A stretch of 64,000 bases of DNA from Clostridia bacterium (GCA_017620395.1 JAFZQJ010000034.1:1395-65394), one strand, 5' to 3'. Positions 19,910 to 31,077 are shown, counted from the stretch's first letter. Made by a program: numbers and translations. Notes: generated by a model not told the origin, from the letters alone.

Positions 19910-20817
19910 TCGGAGGCCTCCTTCAGTTTCTTGCGTCCCCATTCCTCATACGCCTTGACGTCGGCTTCGGAGAAGGAGCGGGCGGCGCCTTTCTTACCGG
20001 GAGCCGCGTTCTCTTTTTCGAGGTCTTTCTTCTTTTTGATGCCCTGCTCGCGCCACTTTCTGAGGATGCCGTTCATATAGGCGAAGGACGCCTTGCCGGT
20101 CTTTTCGGCGGTGCGCTCGAAGGCTACTGTGATGAGATCCCAGCCCATGCCCCATTCGTTGATCCAGCGCTGCAAATGCGCCTTTTCGGAAGTGGTGAGG
20201 TTGCGCTCCTCGATGCCGATGATCGACTTGATTCTGAGTTCGGCCTTGTCGGCGGCCATCATCTCAGCTACCTTCTTCTCTGCGGCTTCGTAACTGTCTA
20301 CGCCGGCGTCCTGCCAGGAGTACGCGAGCTTCTCGACGTAACGCATATTCGGCTTGCCTATCGAAACGCAGTACTGCACCATCAGCAGAAATGCGTCGGC
20401 GGGGATGCCCGCCCAGCTGTAAACGGAGAAAAGCGCTTCCGTTTCGGAGCGGGTGAGGGTATGCCCGATGAGCTCCTGCGCGCGCTTGAGCAGGAAGGAG
20501 AGGGTTTCGTCCGTCTCCGCCGCCTTCGCGACCTCGACGGCGTCGATCTTGCCGCGCTTGGGCGCGGGAGCCTCCTTCGGCTCCGCGGGCGCGCCGAGCA
20601 CGCCGCTGTCCTTCCAGTATTCGACTATCAGTTCGACGGCGGAGACGCTCGCGCCGCTGGCGCGGCAAAGCTCCTCCACAGTGACCGCGCGGGGTGCGTG
20701 GCGGAGGATATAGAGCAGTATCTTCAGCTTTTTCTCATCGGCGTCCTTCATGAATTCGTCCACCAGCGCGGACGGAACTCCGAAGTAGGGCGACGGCGTG
20801 AAGTCGATCTTGGGCAT
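19906..20817 (-). CDS. DnaD/DnaB(Bsu)-type replication initiation protein with two DnaD-like C-terminal repeats
   Basis: 303 aa with an N-terminal winged-helix-like region and two repeats (..YVEKLAYSWQDAGV.. and ..YMNGILRKWREQGI..). Confidence 0.75.
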   Translation of the reverse strand: MPKIDFTPSPYFGVPSALVDEFMKDADEKKLKILLYILRHAPRAVTVEELCRASGASVSAVELIVEYWKDSGVLGAPAEPKEAPAPKRGKIDAVEVAKAAETDETLSFLLKRAQELIGHTLTRSETEALFSVYSWAGIPADAFLLMVQYCVSIGKPNMRYVEKLAYSWQDAGVDSYEAAEKKVAEMMAADKAELRIKSIIGIEERNLTTSEKAHLQRWINEWGMGWDLITVAFERTAEKTGKASFAYMNGILRKWREQGIKKKKDLEKENAAPGKKGAARSFSEADVKAYEEWGRKKLKEASE

Positions 20818-20873
20818 CGTTACCTCTGTAAGTTCATCGGCTGACCGCGGTCAGCGCGGTTTTGTAAATAAGA

Positions 20874-22328
20874 TTAATACGCCTTGCCGAAATAGACGAG
20901 ATTCTTCGCTTTCTTTCCGCAGACGATGCAGGTATCCGCTATCGGCTCGCCGTCGAAGGGGATGCAGCGCGACGTCACGCCGGCGACCTCTTTGAGCTTG
21001 TCTTCGCATTCGTGGTCGTGGTTTTCGCAGAGCATCGCCTTGATGAATCCGGGCTTGTTCTCGGCGATATCCTTGAAGGTCTCGAGGTCGGTCGCCTCGT
21101 AGATGTGGCTGTTGAGGTTATCGAGCGCGGCGGCGTAAAGCTCGCTCTGCACGTCGTCGAGCACCTTCTTCACGCTGTCGGCGAGGGAATCGTCGTTGGC
21201 TATGGTGAACTTGTCGCCGCCGGTGCGCTTGGCGGCCATGCAGACGCCGTTTTCGATGTCGCGCGGTCCGATCTCGATGCGGAGCGGTACGCCGCGCATC
21301 TCGTGTTCGGCGAACTTCCAGCCGGGAGTTGCTTCGCGCTCGTCGACGGTGACGCGGATACCCTCGGCCTTCAGCTTCGCGGCGAGGGCGCGGGCGGCGT
21401 CGAGCACGCCTTCCTTATGCGCCGCGACGGGCACGACCGCGACCTGAACGGGCGCGATCATCGGAGGCAGCACGAGTCCTCTGTCGTCGCCGTGGACCAT
21501 TATTATCGCGCCGATGATGCGCGTGGACATACCCCATGAGGTCTGGTGCGGATAGGCGAGCTTGTTGTTCCTGTCGGCGAAGGTGACGTCGAAAGCGCGG
21601 GAGAAGCCGTCGCCGAAGTAGTGCGTCGTGCCGCTCTGGAGCGCCTTGCCGTCGTGCATCATCGCCTCGATGGTGAAGGTGCTTTCCGCGCCGGCGAACT
21701 TTTCCTTATCGGTCTTCTGACCCTTGAGCACGGGGATGGCGAGGTATTTGCGGCAGAAATCGGCGTAGACGTCGAGCATACGCAGCGTTTCCTCCATCGC
21801 CTCCTCGGGCGTTTCGTGTATCGTGTGGCCCTCCTGCCAGAAGAACTCGGTTGTGCGCAGGAAGGGGCGGGTGGTCTTTTCCCAGCGGACGACGCTGCAC
21901 CACTGGTTATACAGCTTCGGCAGGTCGCGGTATGACTGCACCGTGCGGGAGTAGTGGTCGCAGAAGAGCGTTTCGGAGGTGGGGCGCACGCATATCGGCT
22001 CCTGCAGCTCCTCGGAGCCGCCCTTCGTCACCCACGCGACCTCGGGCGCGAAGCCCTCGACGTGATCCTTTTCTTTGTTGAGCAGGCTCTCGGGAATGAA
22101 CATCGGCATCATGACGTTCTCGTGCCCGAGCTCCTTGAAGCGGGCGTCGAGCGCGTTGCGGATATTCTCCCAGAGGGCGCAGCCGTAGGGGCGCACGACC
22201 ATGCAGCCTTTTATGCCGGAATAGTCGGCGAGCTCCGCCTTCTTGACGATGTCGGTGTACCACTGGGCGAAATCGACGTCGCGGGGGGTTATTTCCTCAA
22301 GCAGGCGGTTGTCTTTTTTGTCAGCCAT
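20874..22328 (-). CDS. proS: Prolyl-tRNA synthetase, archaeal/eukaryote-like architecture (no INS editing domain)
   Basis: 484 aa class II aaRS with a C-terminal Zn-type domain ending ..[18 protein letters not shown]. Confidence 0.92.
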   Translation of the reverse strand: MADKKDNRLLEEITPRDVDFAQWYTDIVKKAELADYSGIKGCMVVRPYGCALWENIRNALDARFKELGHENVMMPMFIPESLLNKEKDHVEGFAPEVAWVTKGGSEELQEPICVRPTSETLFCDHYSRTVQSYRDLPKLYNQWCSVVRWEKTTRPFLRTTEFFWQEGHTIHETPEEAMEETLRMLDVYADFCRKYLAIPVLKGQKTDKEKFAGAESTFTIEAMMHDGKALQSGTTHYFGDGFSRAFDVTFADRNNKLAYPHQTSWGMSTRIIGAIIMVHGDDRGLVLPPMIAPVQVAVVPVAAHKEGVLDAARALAAKLKAEGIRVTVDEREATPGWKFAEHEMRGVPLRIEIGPRDIENGVCMAAKRTGGDKFTIANDDSLADSVKKVLDDVQSELYAAALDNLNSHIYEATDLETFKDIAENKPGFIKAMLCENHDHECEDKLKEVAGVTSRCIPFDGEPIADTCIVCGKKAKNLVYFGKAY

Positions 22329-22368
22329 ATAAGTAATCTCCTGTACGTATAGTGATTGTTGTTTGAAA

Positions 22369-22986
22369 TCAGACCTGAAGCCCGTTGTATTCGGACATCA
22401 GCGCCTCGAACGAAGCGCCGCCGGCGAGCTTTTCTACCGCGTCGGCGACGTGCGGGAGCACCTTTTCGAGCGTCTTTTCCTCCTCCGCGTCGAATGCGCC
22501 GAGTACGTAGGACGCCATATCGTAATCCTGCATATCGGGACGCGCGATGCCGATCTTGATGCGCGGAACGGCGTCGGTGCCGAGGTGCAGTATGATGCTC
22601 CTCAGTCCCTTCTGACCGCCGTCGCTGCCGCCGGTACGTACGCGCAGCTTGCCGAGCGGGAGCGCGGCGTCGTCGGAAATGATCAGCACGCGCTCCGTCG
22701 GGAGCTTATAAAAGCGCTTCGCGGCGGAAACGGCTTCGCCGCTGCCGTTCATGAAGGTCAGCGGCTTGAGCAGCACGACCTTCGCGCCGCCGAGCCTGCA
22801 TTCGCAGGTCAGCGCCGAGAACTTCTTGCGGAAGTTCGGCGCTTCGGGCAGCCGCGAAGCGATGAAGTCCACCGCGCGGTAGCCGCAGTTGTGGCGGGTG
22901 CGGCGGTACATATCGCCGGGGTTTCCGAGGCCGACTATGAGATAGTCGACGGACGGGGAGCCCTTGAACTTACCGAAAAGACTCAT
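22369..22986 (-). CDS. pth: Peptidyl-tRNA hydrolase
   Basis: Has [15 protein letters not shown] motifs and is adjacent to prs. Confidence 0.92.
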   Translation of the reverse strand: MSLFGKFKGSPSVDYLIVGLGNPGDMYRRTRHNCGYRAVDFIASRLPEAPNFRKKFSALTCECRLGGAKVVLLKPLTFMNGSGEAVSAAKRFYKLPTERVLIISDDAALPLGKLRVRTGGSDGGQKGLRSIILHLGTDAVPRIKIGIARPDMQDYDMASYVLGAFDAEEEKTLEKVLPHVADAVEKLAGGASFEALMSEYNGLQV

Positions 22987-22987
22987 A

Positions 22988-23944
22988 TCAGACGAAAAGC
23001 GGGGAAACGGGCTTGTCCTCGTAGATGCGCTCGATCGCTTCCGCGAAGGTCGGGGCGACGGGGAGCATCTTTATCTTGGGCAGCATTTTTTCCTCGGGGA
23101 TCGGCACGGTGTCGAGCAGCACGAGCTCCTCGATGGGGCTGGCTTCGATGCGCTCCATTGCGGGGCCGGAGAGGACGCCGTGGGTGGCGCAGGCGTAAAC
23201 GTGGGTCGCGCCGTTTTCCTTTATCGCCTTGGCGGCGTTGCAGATGGTGCCGGCGGTGTCGATCATATCGTCAACCAGCACGCAGCTCTTGCCTTCGACG
23301 TTGCCCATGATGTGCATGACCTCGGAGACGTTGGCCTTAGCGCGGCGCTTGTCGATGATCGCGATCGGCACGTCGAGGCGGGTGCCGAAGTTTCTGGCGC
23401 GCTTCGCGCTGCCGGCGTCGGGGGAGACGATGACGAACTCCTCACCGGTCTGCTTCGCCTTCTCGCGGAAGTAGGGCGCGAGAAGCGGAACGCCGAGCAG
23501 GTGGTCGACGGGGATGTTGAAGAATCCCTGTATCTGGGGAGCGTGGAGATCCATGGTAAGGATGCGGTTGGCGCCTGCGGTGACGATCAGGTCGGCTACG
23601 AGTTTCGCGGAGATCGGGTCGCGGGCGCGGGCTTTTCTGTCCTGACGGGCGTAGCCGAAGTAGGGAATGACCGCGGTGATACGCGCGGCGCTCGCGCGTT
23701 TGAACGCGTCGATCATGATGAGCAGCTCCATGAGGTTGTCGTTGACCGGAGCGCAGGTCGACTGGATGACGTAAACGTCGCTTCCGCGGACGCTCTCGAG
23801 GATGGAGACCGCGATCTCGCCGTCGGAGAAGCGGCCGACTTCGCATTTGCCCTCCGGCAGTCCGAGGTGAGTCGCTATCTGCGAGGCGACCTCTTTGTTG
23901 GAGTTGGCTGCGAAGATCTTGATGTCCTTACCGTGAAAATACAT
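22988..23944 (-). CDS. prs: Ribose-phosphate pyrophosphokinase
   Basis: Start [12 protein letters not shown].. with an AAGGGGA SD. Has the PRPP loop and [10 protein letters not shown] motif. The track's 31-codon N-terminal extension is rejected. Confidence 0.93.
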   Translation of the reverse strand: MYFHGKDIKIFAANSNKEVASQIATHLGLPEGKCEVGRFSDGEIAVSILESVRGSDVYVIQSTCAPVNDNLMELLIMIDAFKRASAARITAVIPYFGYARQDRKARARDPISAKLVADLIVTAGANRILTMDLHAPQIQGFFNIPVDHLLGVPLLAPYFREKAKQTGEEFVIVSPDAGSAKRARNFGTRLDVPIAIIDKRRAKANVSEVMHIMGNVEGKSCVLVDDMIDTAGTICNAAKAIKENGATHVYACATHGVLSGPAMERIEASPIEELVLLDTVPIPEEKMLPKIKMLPVAPTFAEAIERIYEDKPVSPLFV

Positions 23945-24008
23945 GTGCAAATCCCCTTTTTCGTTATTCGGTATGCGCCGCAATTCCGGCGCATAATCAT
24001 ACACCTTG

Positions 24009-24037
24009 ATTATACAACGGTTGAAAATGATATGCAA
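24009..24037 (-). promoter_or_regulatory. Putative sigma-A promoter of the prs-pth block
   Basis: The minus strand reads TTGCAT-17 nt-TATAAT about 65 nt upstream of the prs ATG. Confidence 0.5.
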
Positions 24038-24209
24038 GCAAAAATTGCCTCTTGTGCGAAAAAAGTTAAAAAACCCCTCGAAACGGTACCGCGCCGCGCT
24101 TTCCGGCGCGTCCGCGGACGGAAAAACAGATACAGGTTCCGTCGAGAAGCTTCGAAAATAAAAAAAATTAAAAAAATTGAAAAAAAGGATGGATTTTACT
24201 CTACATATT

Positions 24210-24218
24210 TGTTATAAT
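24210..24218 (+). promoter_or_regulatory. Putative extended -10 (TGtTATAAT) for ppdK
   Basis: TGTTATAAT lies about 65 nt upstream of ATG 24285 and is preceded by long A-tracts (24150-24190, UP-like). The -35 is weak. Confidence 0.45.
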
Positions 24219-24284
24219 ATTTCGGTTATACAGACGACGAATGTAATTCGTTTGACAACAAACAAAAAATATGGAGGTCAAAAC

Positions 24285-26924
24285 ATGAGCAAAAAGTATG
24301 TCTATCTGTTCTCCGAGGGCAACAGCGGTATGCGCGAGCTGCTCGGCGGAAAGGGCGCCAACCTGGCGGAAATGACCAACCTCGGCCTTCCCGTGCCGCA
24401 GGGGTTCACCATTTCCACCGAGGCCTGCACGCAGTACTACGAGGACGGCCGCAGGATCAACGAAGAGATCCAGGCGCAGATAATGGAGTACATCGAGAAG
24501 ATGGAGCAGATCACCGGCAAGAAGTTCGGCGATCTCGAGAATCCGCTCCTCGTTTCCGTCCGTTCCGGCGCGCGCGCTTCGATGCCCGGCATGATGGATA
24601 CGATATTGAACCTCGGCCTCAACGAAGAGGTCGTCAACGTCATCGCGAAGAAGTCGAACAATCCCCGCTGGGCGTGGGACTGCTACAGACGCTTCATCCA
24701 GATGTTCTCCGACGTCGTCATGGAGGTCGGCAAGAAGTACTTCGAGCAGCTCATCGACGCGATGAAGGAAGCCAAGGGCGTCAAGTACGACACCGAGCTT
24801 ACCGCGGACGATTTGCACGAGCTCGCCGATCAGTTCAAGGGCGAGTATAAGAAGCAGCTCGGCAAGGATTTCCCCGACGACCCGAAGGAGCAGCTCTTCG
24901 AGGCGATCAAGGCCGTTTTCCGTTCCTGGGACAACCCCAGAGCGAACGTCTACCGCATGGACCACGACATCCCGTATTCCTGGGGCACCGCGGTCAACGT
25001 TCAGATGATGGCGTTCGGCAATATGGGCGATACGTCCGGCACCGGCGTCGCCTTCACGCGTAACCCCGCCACCGGCGAGAAGGGACTCATGGGCGAGTTC
25101 CTCGTCAACGCGCAGGGCGAAGACGTCGTCGCGGGTATCCGCACCCCGATGCCCATCGCTCAGATGGCGGAAGTTTTCCCCGAAGTCTTCAAGCAGTTCA
25201 ACGAGGTCTGCTCGATCCTCGAGAACCACTACCACGATATGCAGGATATGGAGTTCACGATCGAAGACCGCAAGCTCTATATGCTCCAGACCAGAAACGG
25301 CAAGCGCACCGCCGCCGCCGCGATAAAGATCGCCTGCGACCTGATCGACGAAGGTCAGATCACCGAGGAAGAAGCCGTCATGCAGATCGACGCCAAGAGC
25401 CTCGATATGCTGCTGCACCCGACCTTCGATCCCGAGGACCTGAAGGCCGCCGATAAGGCCAACGTCATCGGCAAGGGCATCGCCGCTTCGCCCGGCGCCG
25501 CCACCGGCACCGTCGTATTCACCGCCGAGGACGCCGTCGAGCACGGCAAGGCCGGCGAAAAGGTCATCCTCGTCCGCCTCGAGACCTCCCCCGAGGACAT
25601 CGAAGGCATGAAGTACTCCCAGGGCATTCTGACCGTCCGCGGAGGCCAGACCTCCCACGCGGCGGTCGTCGCCCGCGGAATGGGCACCTGCTGCGTCTCC
25701 GGCTGCGGAGATATCGCAATGAACGAGGAGAAGAAGGAATTCACCCTCGCGGGCAAGACCTTCAGAGAAGGCGACGCGCTTTCGCTTGACGGCTCCACCG
25801 GCAAGATATACGACCGCGCGATAAAGACCGTTCCCGCCGATCCGAGCAGCGGTTACTTCGGCAGGATCATGGAGCTCGCCGACAAGTTCAAGAAGCTGGG
25901 CGTCCGCACGAACGCCGACACGCCTTACGACGCCGCCCAGGCGGTCAAGTTCGGCGCCGAGGGCATCGGACTGTGCCGCACCGAGCATATGTTCTTCGAG
26001 GCCGACAGGATCACCGCGTTCCGCGAGATGATCGTCTCCAAGACGCTCGAGCAGCGCAAGGCCGCGCTCGATAAGATAATGCCCTTCCAGCAGAGCGACT
26101 TCGAGGGTATGTACGAGGCCATGGAAGGCAGACCGGTAACGATCCGCTTCCTCGATCCTCCGCTCCACGAGTTTGTTCCCACCGCCGAGGTGGAGATCGA
26201 AGAGCTCGCCAACCGTCTGAACATCACCGTCGAGGAGATCCACAACGTCATCACCTCGCTGCACGAGTTCAACCCGATGATGGGCCACCGCGGATGCCGT
26301 CTCGCCGTCACCTATCCGGAGATCGCCGAGATGCAGACGACCGCAGTCATCAGAGCCGCCATCAACGTTCAGAAGAAGCATCCCGACTGGAAGATCGTTC
26401 CCGAGATCATGATCCCGCTGGTCGGCGAGGTCAAGGAGCTGGCCTTCGTCAAGAAGGTCGTCACGACGACCGCCGACAAGGAGATCGCCGCCGCCGGCAT
26501 CGAAATGCACTACAAGGTCGGCACCATGATCGAGATCCCGAGAGCCGTGCTCACCGCGGACGAGATCGCGAAGGAAGCGGAGTTCTTCTCCTTCGGCACC
26601 AACGACCTTACGCAGATGACATTCGGCTTCTCCCGTGACGACGCGGGCAAGTTCCTGAAGTCCTACTACGAGAACAAGATCTACGAGAGCGATCCCTTCG
26701 CCCGCCTCGACCAGAACGGCGTCGGCAAGCTCGTGAAGATGGCCGCCGAGCTGGGCAAAAAGACCCGCCCCGACATCAAGCTCGGAATCTGCGGCGAACA
26801 CGGCGGAGACCCCTCCAGCGTCGAGTTCTGCCACAAGGTCGGTCTGAACTACGTTTCCTGCTCGCCTTACCGCGTGCCGATCGCGAGACTGGCCGCCGCC
26901 CAGGCGAATATCAAGAACAAATAA
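24285..26924 (+). CDS. ppdK: Pyruvate, phosphate dikinase
   Basis: Start [22 protein letters not shown] after a GGAGG SD. Has the phosphohistidine region [13 protein letters not shown] and a PEP-utilising C-terminus. The track start 24177 is rejected. Confidence 0.95.
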   Translation: MSKKYVYLFSEGNSGMRELLGGKGANLAEMTNLGLPVPQGFTISTEACTQYYEDGRRINEEIQAQIMEYIEKMEQITGKKFGDLENPLLVSVRSGARASMPGMMDTILNLGLNEEVVNVIAKKSNNPRWAWDCYRRFIQMFSDVVMEVGKKYFEQLIDAMKEAKGVKYDTELTADDLHELADQFKGEYKKQLGKDFPDDPKEQLFEAIKAVFRSWDNPRANVYRMDHDIPYSWGTAVNVQMMAFGNMGDTSGTGVAFTRNPATGEKGLMGEFLVNAQGEDVVAGIRTPMPIAQMAEVFPEVFKQFNEVCSILENHYHDMQDMEFTIEDRKLYMLQTRNGKRTAAAAIKIACDLIDEGQITEEEAVMQIDAKSLDMLLHPTFDPEDLKAADKANVIGKGIAASPGAATGTVVFTAEDAVEHGKAGEKVILVRLETSPEDIEGMKYSQGILTVRGGQTSHAAVVARGMGTCCVSGCGDIAMNEEKKEFTLAGKTFREGDALSLDGSTGKIYDRAIKTVPADPSSGYFGRIMELADKFKKLGVRTNADTPYDAAQAVKFGAEGIGLCRTEHMFFEADRITAFREMIVSKTLEQRKAALDKIMPFQQSDFEGMYEAMEGRPVTIRFLDPPLHEFVPTAEVEIEELANRLNITVEEIHNVITSLHEFNPMMGHRGCRLAVTYPEIAEMQTTAVIRAAINVQKKHPDWKIVPEIMIPLVGEVKELAFVKKVVTTTADKEIAAAGIEMHYKVGTMIEIPRAVLTADEIAKEAEFFSFGTNDLTQMTFGFSRDDAGKFLKSYYENKIYESDPFARLDQNGVGKLVKMAAELGKKTRPDIKLGICGEHGGDPSSVEFCHKVGLNYVSCSPYRVPIARLAAAQANIKNK

Positions 26925-26937
26925 GAGAATACGCATA

Positions 26938-26969
26938 CCGCGGCGTTCCCATTTGCGGGAACGCCGCGG
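26938..26969 (+). other. GC-rich 13-bp stem-loop just after the ppdK stop (terminator-like, no U-tract)
   Basis: CCGCGGCGTTCCC-atttgc-GGGAACGCCGCGG. Confidence 0.5.
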
Positions 26970-27018
26970 CATACGGAGAAAGGAAGGCCGCGGGGAAGCG
27001 TCCCCGCGGAACACGCCT

Positions 27019-28041
27019 ATGATGAAGGAAAAACTCCTCAAGCTTCAGGCTGAGGCGATGGCGAAGATAACCTCCGCCTCCCAGCCCGAATCGCTCGAAG
27101 CCGCCCGCCTTGAATATCTCGGTAAAAAGGGCGAGCTGACGCAGGTGCTGCGCGGAATGGGCGAAGTCGCGCCCGATGAGCGTCCCGCGATGGGGCAGCT
27201 CGTCAACTCCGTGCGCGAAACCGTCGAAGCGGCGATAGACCTTCGCCGCCGCGAACTTTCGTCAAAAATAATGGAAGCCCGTCTGGCGCAGGAAAAGGTC
27301 GACGTGACCATGCCGGGCGAGCCGGTCGTAACAGGCAGAAGACATCCGCTGAGCACCGTGCTCGGCGAGATGATAGACATATTCACCAAGATGGGCTTCG
27401 ACATCGCCGAAGGCCCCGAGGTGGAGTACGATTATTACAACTTCGAGGCGCTGAACATCCCGAAGAACCACCCCGCGCGCGACACGCAGGACACCTTCTA
27501 CTTCACGGATAACGTCCTGCTGCGCACTCAGACTTCGTCCGTTCAGATACGCGTCATGGAGAAGCAGAAGCCGCCTATCCGCATCGTTGCCCCGGGACGC
27601 GTTTACCGTTCCGACGCCGTCGACGCGACCCATTCGCCGCTGTTTCACCAGATGGAAGGCCTCGTCGTCGACAAGGGGATCACGATGGCGGATCTGAAGG
27701 GCACGCTCGAGAACCTCGCCAAGATGATGTACGGCGAGGACGCGGTTTGCCGCTTCCGTCCGCATCACTTCCCGTTCACCGAGCCGTCCGCGGAGATGGA
27801 TGTGCAGTGCTTCGCCTGCAAGGGCGAGGGTTGCCGCCTCTGCAAGGGCGAGGGCTGGATCGAGGTCCTCGGCGCGGGCATGGTGCATCCGAAGGTGCTT
27901 CGCACCTGCGGCATCGATCCGGACGTCTACTCCGGCTTCGCGTTCGGCATCGGGCTTGAGCGCGTTACGATGCGCCGCTACAACATCGACGACCTGCGCC
28001 TGCTTTATGAAAACGATCTTCGTTTTCTCGGCCAGTTTTAA
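27019..28041 (+). CDS. pheS: Phenylalanyl-tRNA synthetase alpha subunit
   Basis: Start [13 protein letters not shown].. with class II motifs ([22 protein letters not shown]). The track's upstream start is rejected. Confidence 0.93.
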   Translation: MMKEKLLKLQAEAMAKITSASQPESLEAARLEYLGKKGELTQVLRGMGEVAPDERPAMGQLVNSVRETVEAAIDLRRRELSSKIMEARLAQEKVDVTMPGEPVVTGRRHPLSTVLGEMIDIFTKMGFDIAEGPEVEYDYYNFEALNIPKNHPARDTQDTFYFTDNVLLRTQTSSVQIRVMEKQKPPIRIVAPGRVYRSDAVDATHSPLFHQMEGLVVDKGITMADLKGTLENLAKMMYGEDAVCRFRPHHFPFTEPSAEMDVQCFACKGEGCRLCKGEGWIEVLGAGMVHPKVLRTCGIDPDVYSGFAFGIGLERVTMRRYNIDDLRLLYENDLRFLGQF

Positions 28042-28053
28042 GGAGGGACGAAG

Positions 28054-30444
28054 ATGAAGCTTTCAAAGAAATGGCTCAACGATTACGTTGAGATAGACGT
28101 GCCCGAGAGGGAATACGCCGAAAGGATGACCATGAGCGGCTCCAAGGTCGAGGGTTGGGAAGAAACCTGCGGAGAGCTCAGCCGCGTCGTAGTCGGCAGA
28201 GTGCTCTCCGTCGACAGGCACCCGGACGCCGACAAGCTCGTCGTCTGCAAGGTCGACGCCGGCGAAGCGGAGCCGATACAGATCGTCACCGCCGCCACGA
28301 ACGTGTTCCCCGGCGCCGCCGTTCCGGTCGCGCTGCACAAGTCAACGCTTCACGGCGGCAAGACCATCGAACGCGGCAAGCTGCGCGGAGTCGTCAGCGA
28401 CGGAATGTTCTGCTCCGTCGCGGAGCTGGGCGTGACCGTACACGATTTCCCGACCGCGATCGAAGACGGCATACTTATTATTGATGAAGACGAATACGAC
28501 GCCGTCCCCGGAACGGATATCAGAGAAGCGCTCGGTCTTGACGATACCGTCGTCGAGTTCGAGATAACCTCCAACCGTCCCGACTGCCTGTCGGTCATCG
28601 GCCTCGCGCGCGAGACCGCCGCGACCTTCGGCCTTGACATCACCTATCCTTACGTCGACGCGGGCGAATACGCCGGCAACGACGTGAATAAGTATATCTC
28701 TGTCGAAGTCCGCGACGCCGACCTCTGCCCGCGCTACTCCGCGGCGGTGGTCAGGGACATAAAGATCGCGCCCTCGCCGCGCTGGATGCGCGAACGCCTC
28801 CGCGCGAGCGGCGTGCGCCCGATAAACAACATAGTCGACATAACGAACTTCGTCATGCTCGAATACGGCCAGCCGATGCACGCCTTCGACCGCTCCACGC
28901 TGAAGGAAGGCCGCATCGTCGTCCGCCGCGCCGCCGACGGCGAAAGCATCACAACGCTCGACGGCGGCGAACACCCGCTCGACCGCGACACCCTCGTGAT
29001 CGCGGACGGCGAACGCCCCGTCGCGCTCGCCGGAGTCATGGGCGGCGAAAACACCGAGATCCGCGACACGACCGAAACGGTCGTCTTCGAGTCCGCGAAC
29101 TTCGACGGCGCCGCCGTCCGCATCGCGGCGAAGAAGGCGGGGCTGCGCACAGACTCCTCCGCCCGCTTCGAGAAGGGGCTTGACAGCCGCAACACGCTGC
29201 CCGCGCTCGTCCGCGCGCTCCAGCTCGTCGAAACGCTCGGCGCAGGCACCGTCGTGGGCGGCATAATCGACGTCGATAACGCGAACTACGCGCCGCGCAG
29301 GCTGAAGCTTGACGCCGGCTGGATCAACGGCTTCCTCGGCACCGATATCCCCGTCGACCGTATGCGCGACATACTCTCGGATATCGACTTCGATATCGAC
29401 GGCGACGAGATAATCGTCCCGTCCTTCCGCGCCGACGTGGAATGCGAAGCCGACGTCGCCGAGGAGATCGCGAGATTTTTCGGTTACAATAATATAGGCG
29501 ACACCATGATGAAGGGCGAGGCGTCCTCCCACGGCTATACCGACGCGGAGATTTTCCGCAAGCGCCTGAATACGTCCGCCGTATCGCTGGGGCTCTTCGA
29601 GATAATGACCTACTCCTTCATCAGCCCCAAGTATTACGATAAGATCAGACTGCCGATAGACAGCCCGCTGAGAAACTGCATGAAGATCAGCAACCCGCTG
29701 GGCGAAGACACCTCCGTCATGCGCACGACGATGATACCCTCCGCGCTGGAGGTCGTCGCCCGCAACTGCTCGCGCGGAGTCGTCGAGGGCAGGCTTTACG
29801 AAGAGGGCACGGTCTACATCCCCACCGAAGAGGGCAAGCTCCCGCTGGAGCAGAAGCGCTTCACCGTCACCGTCTTCGGCGAGAACGCGGAGTTCTTCGC
29901 CGTCAAGGGCATGCTGGAAGCGCTCTTCGCCGATATCGGCGTGGGCGAGGTGAAGTTCGCCGCGAAGTCGGACGATCCGACTTTCCATCCCGGCCGCTGC
30001 GCCGTGATAACGAAGGGCGGGAACGTCCTCGGCGTTATGGGGCAGATACACCCCGTCACCGCGCAGAACTGGGAGATCGCCGTCCCCGTCTTCGTCGCGG
30101 ATCTTGACGAGGAGCTTATGCGCGCTCTGCGCAAGCCGATAACCGACTATAAGCGCCTGCCGAAATACCCGGCGATTACCCGCGACCTCGCGCTCGTCTG
30201 CGACGAGAGCGTCGCCGCCGGAGACCTTTCGGATATCATTGCCGCCGCCGGCGGAAGCATCGTCGAGAGCGTACGCCTCTTCGACGTCTACCGCGGCAAG
30301 GGAGTGGCGGGCGGCAAGAAGAGCATGGCTTACAGCGTCGTGCTCCGCGCCGCCGATCACACGCTGACCGACGCCGAGGCGGAAGCCGCCGTCGCGAGGA
30401 TACTCAAAAAGCTCGAAGCCGCGGGCGCGACTCTGCGCTCGTAG
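28054..30444 (+). CDS. pheT: Phenylalanyl-tRNA synthetase beta subunit
   Basis: 796 aa with tRNA-binding, B3/4, B5 and FDX-ACB-like regions. It immediately follows pheS. Confidence 0.95.
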   Translation: MKLSKKWLNDYVEIDVPEREYAERMTMSGSKVEGWEETCGELSRVVVGRVLSVDRHPDADKLVVCKVDAGEAEPIQIVTAATNVFPGAAVPVALHKSTLHGGKTIERGKLRGVVSDGMFCSVAELGVTVHDFPTAIEDGILIIDEDEYDAVPGTDIREALGLDDTVVEFEITSNRPDCLSVIGLARETAATFGLDITYPYVDAGEYAGNDVNKYISVEVRDADLCPRYSAAVVRDIKIAPSPRWMRERLRASGVRPINNIVDITNFVMLEYGQPMHAFDRSTLKEGRIVVRRAADGESITTLDGGEHPLDRDTLVIADGERPVALAGVMGGENTEIRDTTETVVFESANFDGAAVRIAAKKAGLRTDSSARFEKGLDSRNTLPALVRALQLVETLGAGTVVGGIIDVDNANYAPRRLKLDAGWINGFLGTDIPVDRMRDILSDIDFDIDGDEIIVPSFRADVECEADVAEEIARFFGYNNIGDTMMKGEASSHGYTDAEIFRKRLNTSAVSLGLFEIMTYSFISPKYYDKIRLPIDSPLRNCMKISNPLGEDTSVMRTTMIPSALEVVARNCSRGVVEGRLYEEGTVYIPTEEGKLPLEQKRFTVTVFGENAEFFAVKGMLEALFADIGVGEVKFAAKSDDPTFHPGRCAVITKGGNVLGVMGQIHPVTAQNWEIAVPVFVADLDEELMRALRKPITDYKRLPKYPAITRDLALVCDESVAAGDLSDIIAAAGGSIVESVRLFDVYRGKGVAGGKKSMAYSVVLRAADHTLTDAEAEAAVARILKKLEAAGATLRS

Positions 30445-30479
30445 CGCAAACGTGAAACAGGGAACAGGAGGAGAAAACC

Positions 30480-30728
30480 ATGAACGACCCTACCATTCAA
30501 TTCAGGATCAGATCGAACGATTCCGACGAGATGAAAAAGCTGCTCAAGCAGATCTACGCCGCGCTTGAGTCGAAGGGGTATAACCCGATCAATCAGCTCG
30601 TGGGGTACATTCTCTCCGAGGACCCCACCTACATCACCACCCACGACAACGCTCGCAGTCTTATCCGCAGGATAGACCGCGACGAGCTCCTTCAGGAAAT
30701 GCTGAAGGTGTATCTCGAGCTGAAATGA
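30480..30728 (+). CDS. ireB: IreB-family regulatory phosphoprotein (UPF0297/YrzL)
   Basis: 82 aa with the motif ..[20 protein letters not shown].. Confidence 0.85.
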   Translation: MNDPTIQFRIRSNDSDEMKKLLKQIYAALESKGYNPINQLVGYILSEDPTYITTHDNARSLIRRIDRDELLQEMLKVYLELK

Positions 30729-30759
30729 CCTTGTTTGAGGTGTGAGAAAGGAAGAGAAT

Positions 30760-31035
30760 ATGGACCTTTTGATGTATAAGGGCAAGCCGCTCGTCCGGCA
30801 GGACAACACGATCTACTACGGCAACATGAACGAGAAGTACGTCGCCATGATCCAGATCGCCGACTATACCGAGAAGAACGGCATGAAGCTGCCCTCCAAG
30901 CTGCTCGTGCAGCTCGCGCTGACCGATCCGGAGATCCGTATGCGCGACAAGATCGTCAAGAAGACGGAAAAGACCACCCTTTACGACGCAATCGAGATCG
31001 CGGCGATCTGGCTCGAGCGCTCGCTCAAGCAGTAA
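30760..31035 (+). CDS. Hypothetical small protein (91 aa)
   Basis: ATG 30760 follows a GAAAGGAAGAG SD. I recognise no motif. Confidence 0.55.
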   Translation: MDLLMYKGKPLVRQDNTIYYGNMNEKYVAMIQIADYTEKNGMKLPSKLLVQLALTDPEIRMRDKIVKKTEKTTLYDAIEIAAIWLERSLKQ

Positions 31036-31045
31036 TAGTTATTGT

Positions 31046-31077
31046 AAAAAAACAGCCGACGCCGTCGGCTGTTTTTT
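31046..31077 (+). terminator. Rho-independent terminator
   Basis: AAAAAAACAGCCGAC-gc-GTCGGCTGTTTTTT. Confidence 0.85.

Noticed and set aside
20840-20855. The palindrome GCTGACCGCGGTCAGC between proS and the dnaD-like gene was considered as a terminator.
   Set aside because: It has a 6-bp stem and a 4-nt loop with no T-tract. It sits 22 nt upstream of the dnaD-like start in an apparently continuous operon, so at most it is a minor mRNA structure.
24177-24284. The track gives upstream in-frame starts for ppdK (24177). The same applies to prs (24037), pheS (26953), dinB (54618), xre (54694), dnaI (19942) and purO (3393).
   Set aside because: The extensions are AT-rich or promoter-like or overlap neighbouring genes. 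Internal starts with GGAGG-type SDs reproduce the canonical N-termini of each family.
26925-27018. I looked for T-box leaders upstream of pheS, proS (22329-22368) and asnS (58055), and for a SAM or T-box element upstream of metA (41378-41481).
   Set aside because: The leaders are only 0-104 nt long, too short for a T-box or SAM-I riboswitch. I saw no specifier, T-box or SAM-box sequence.
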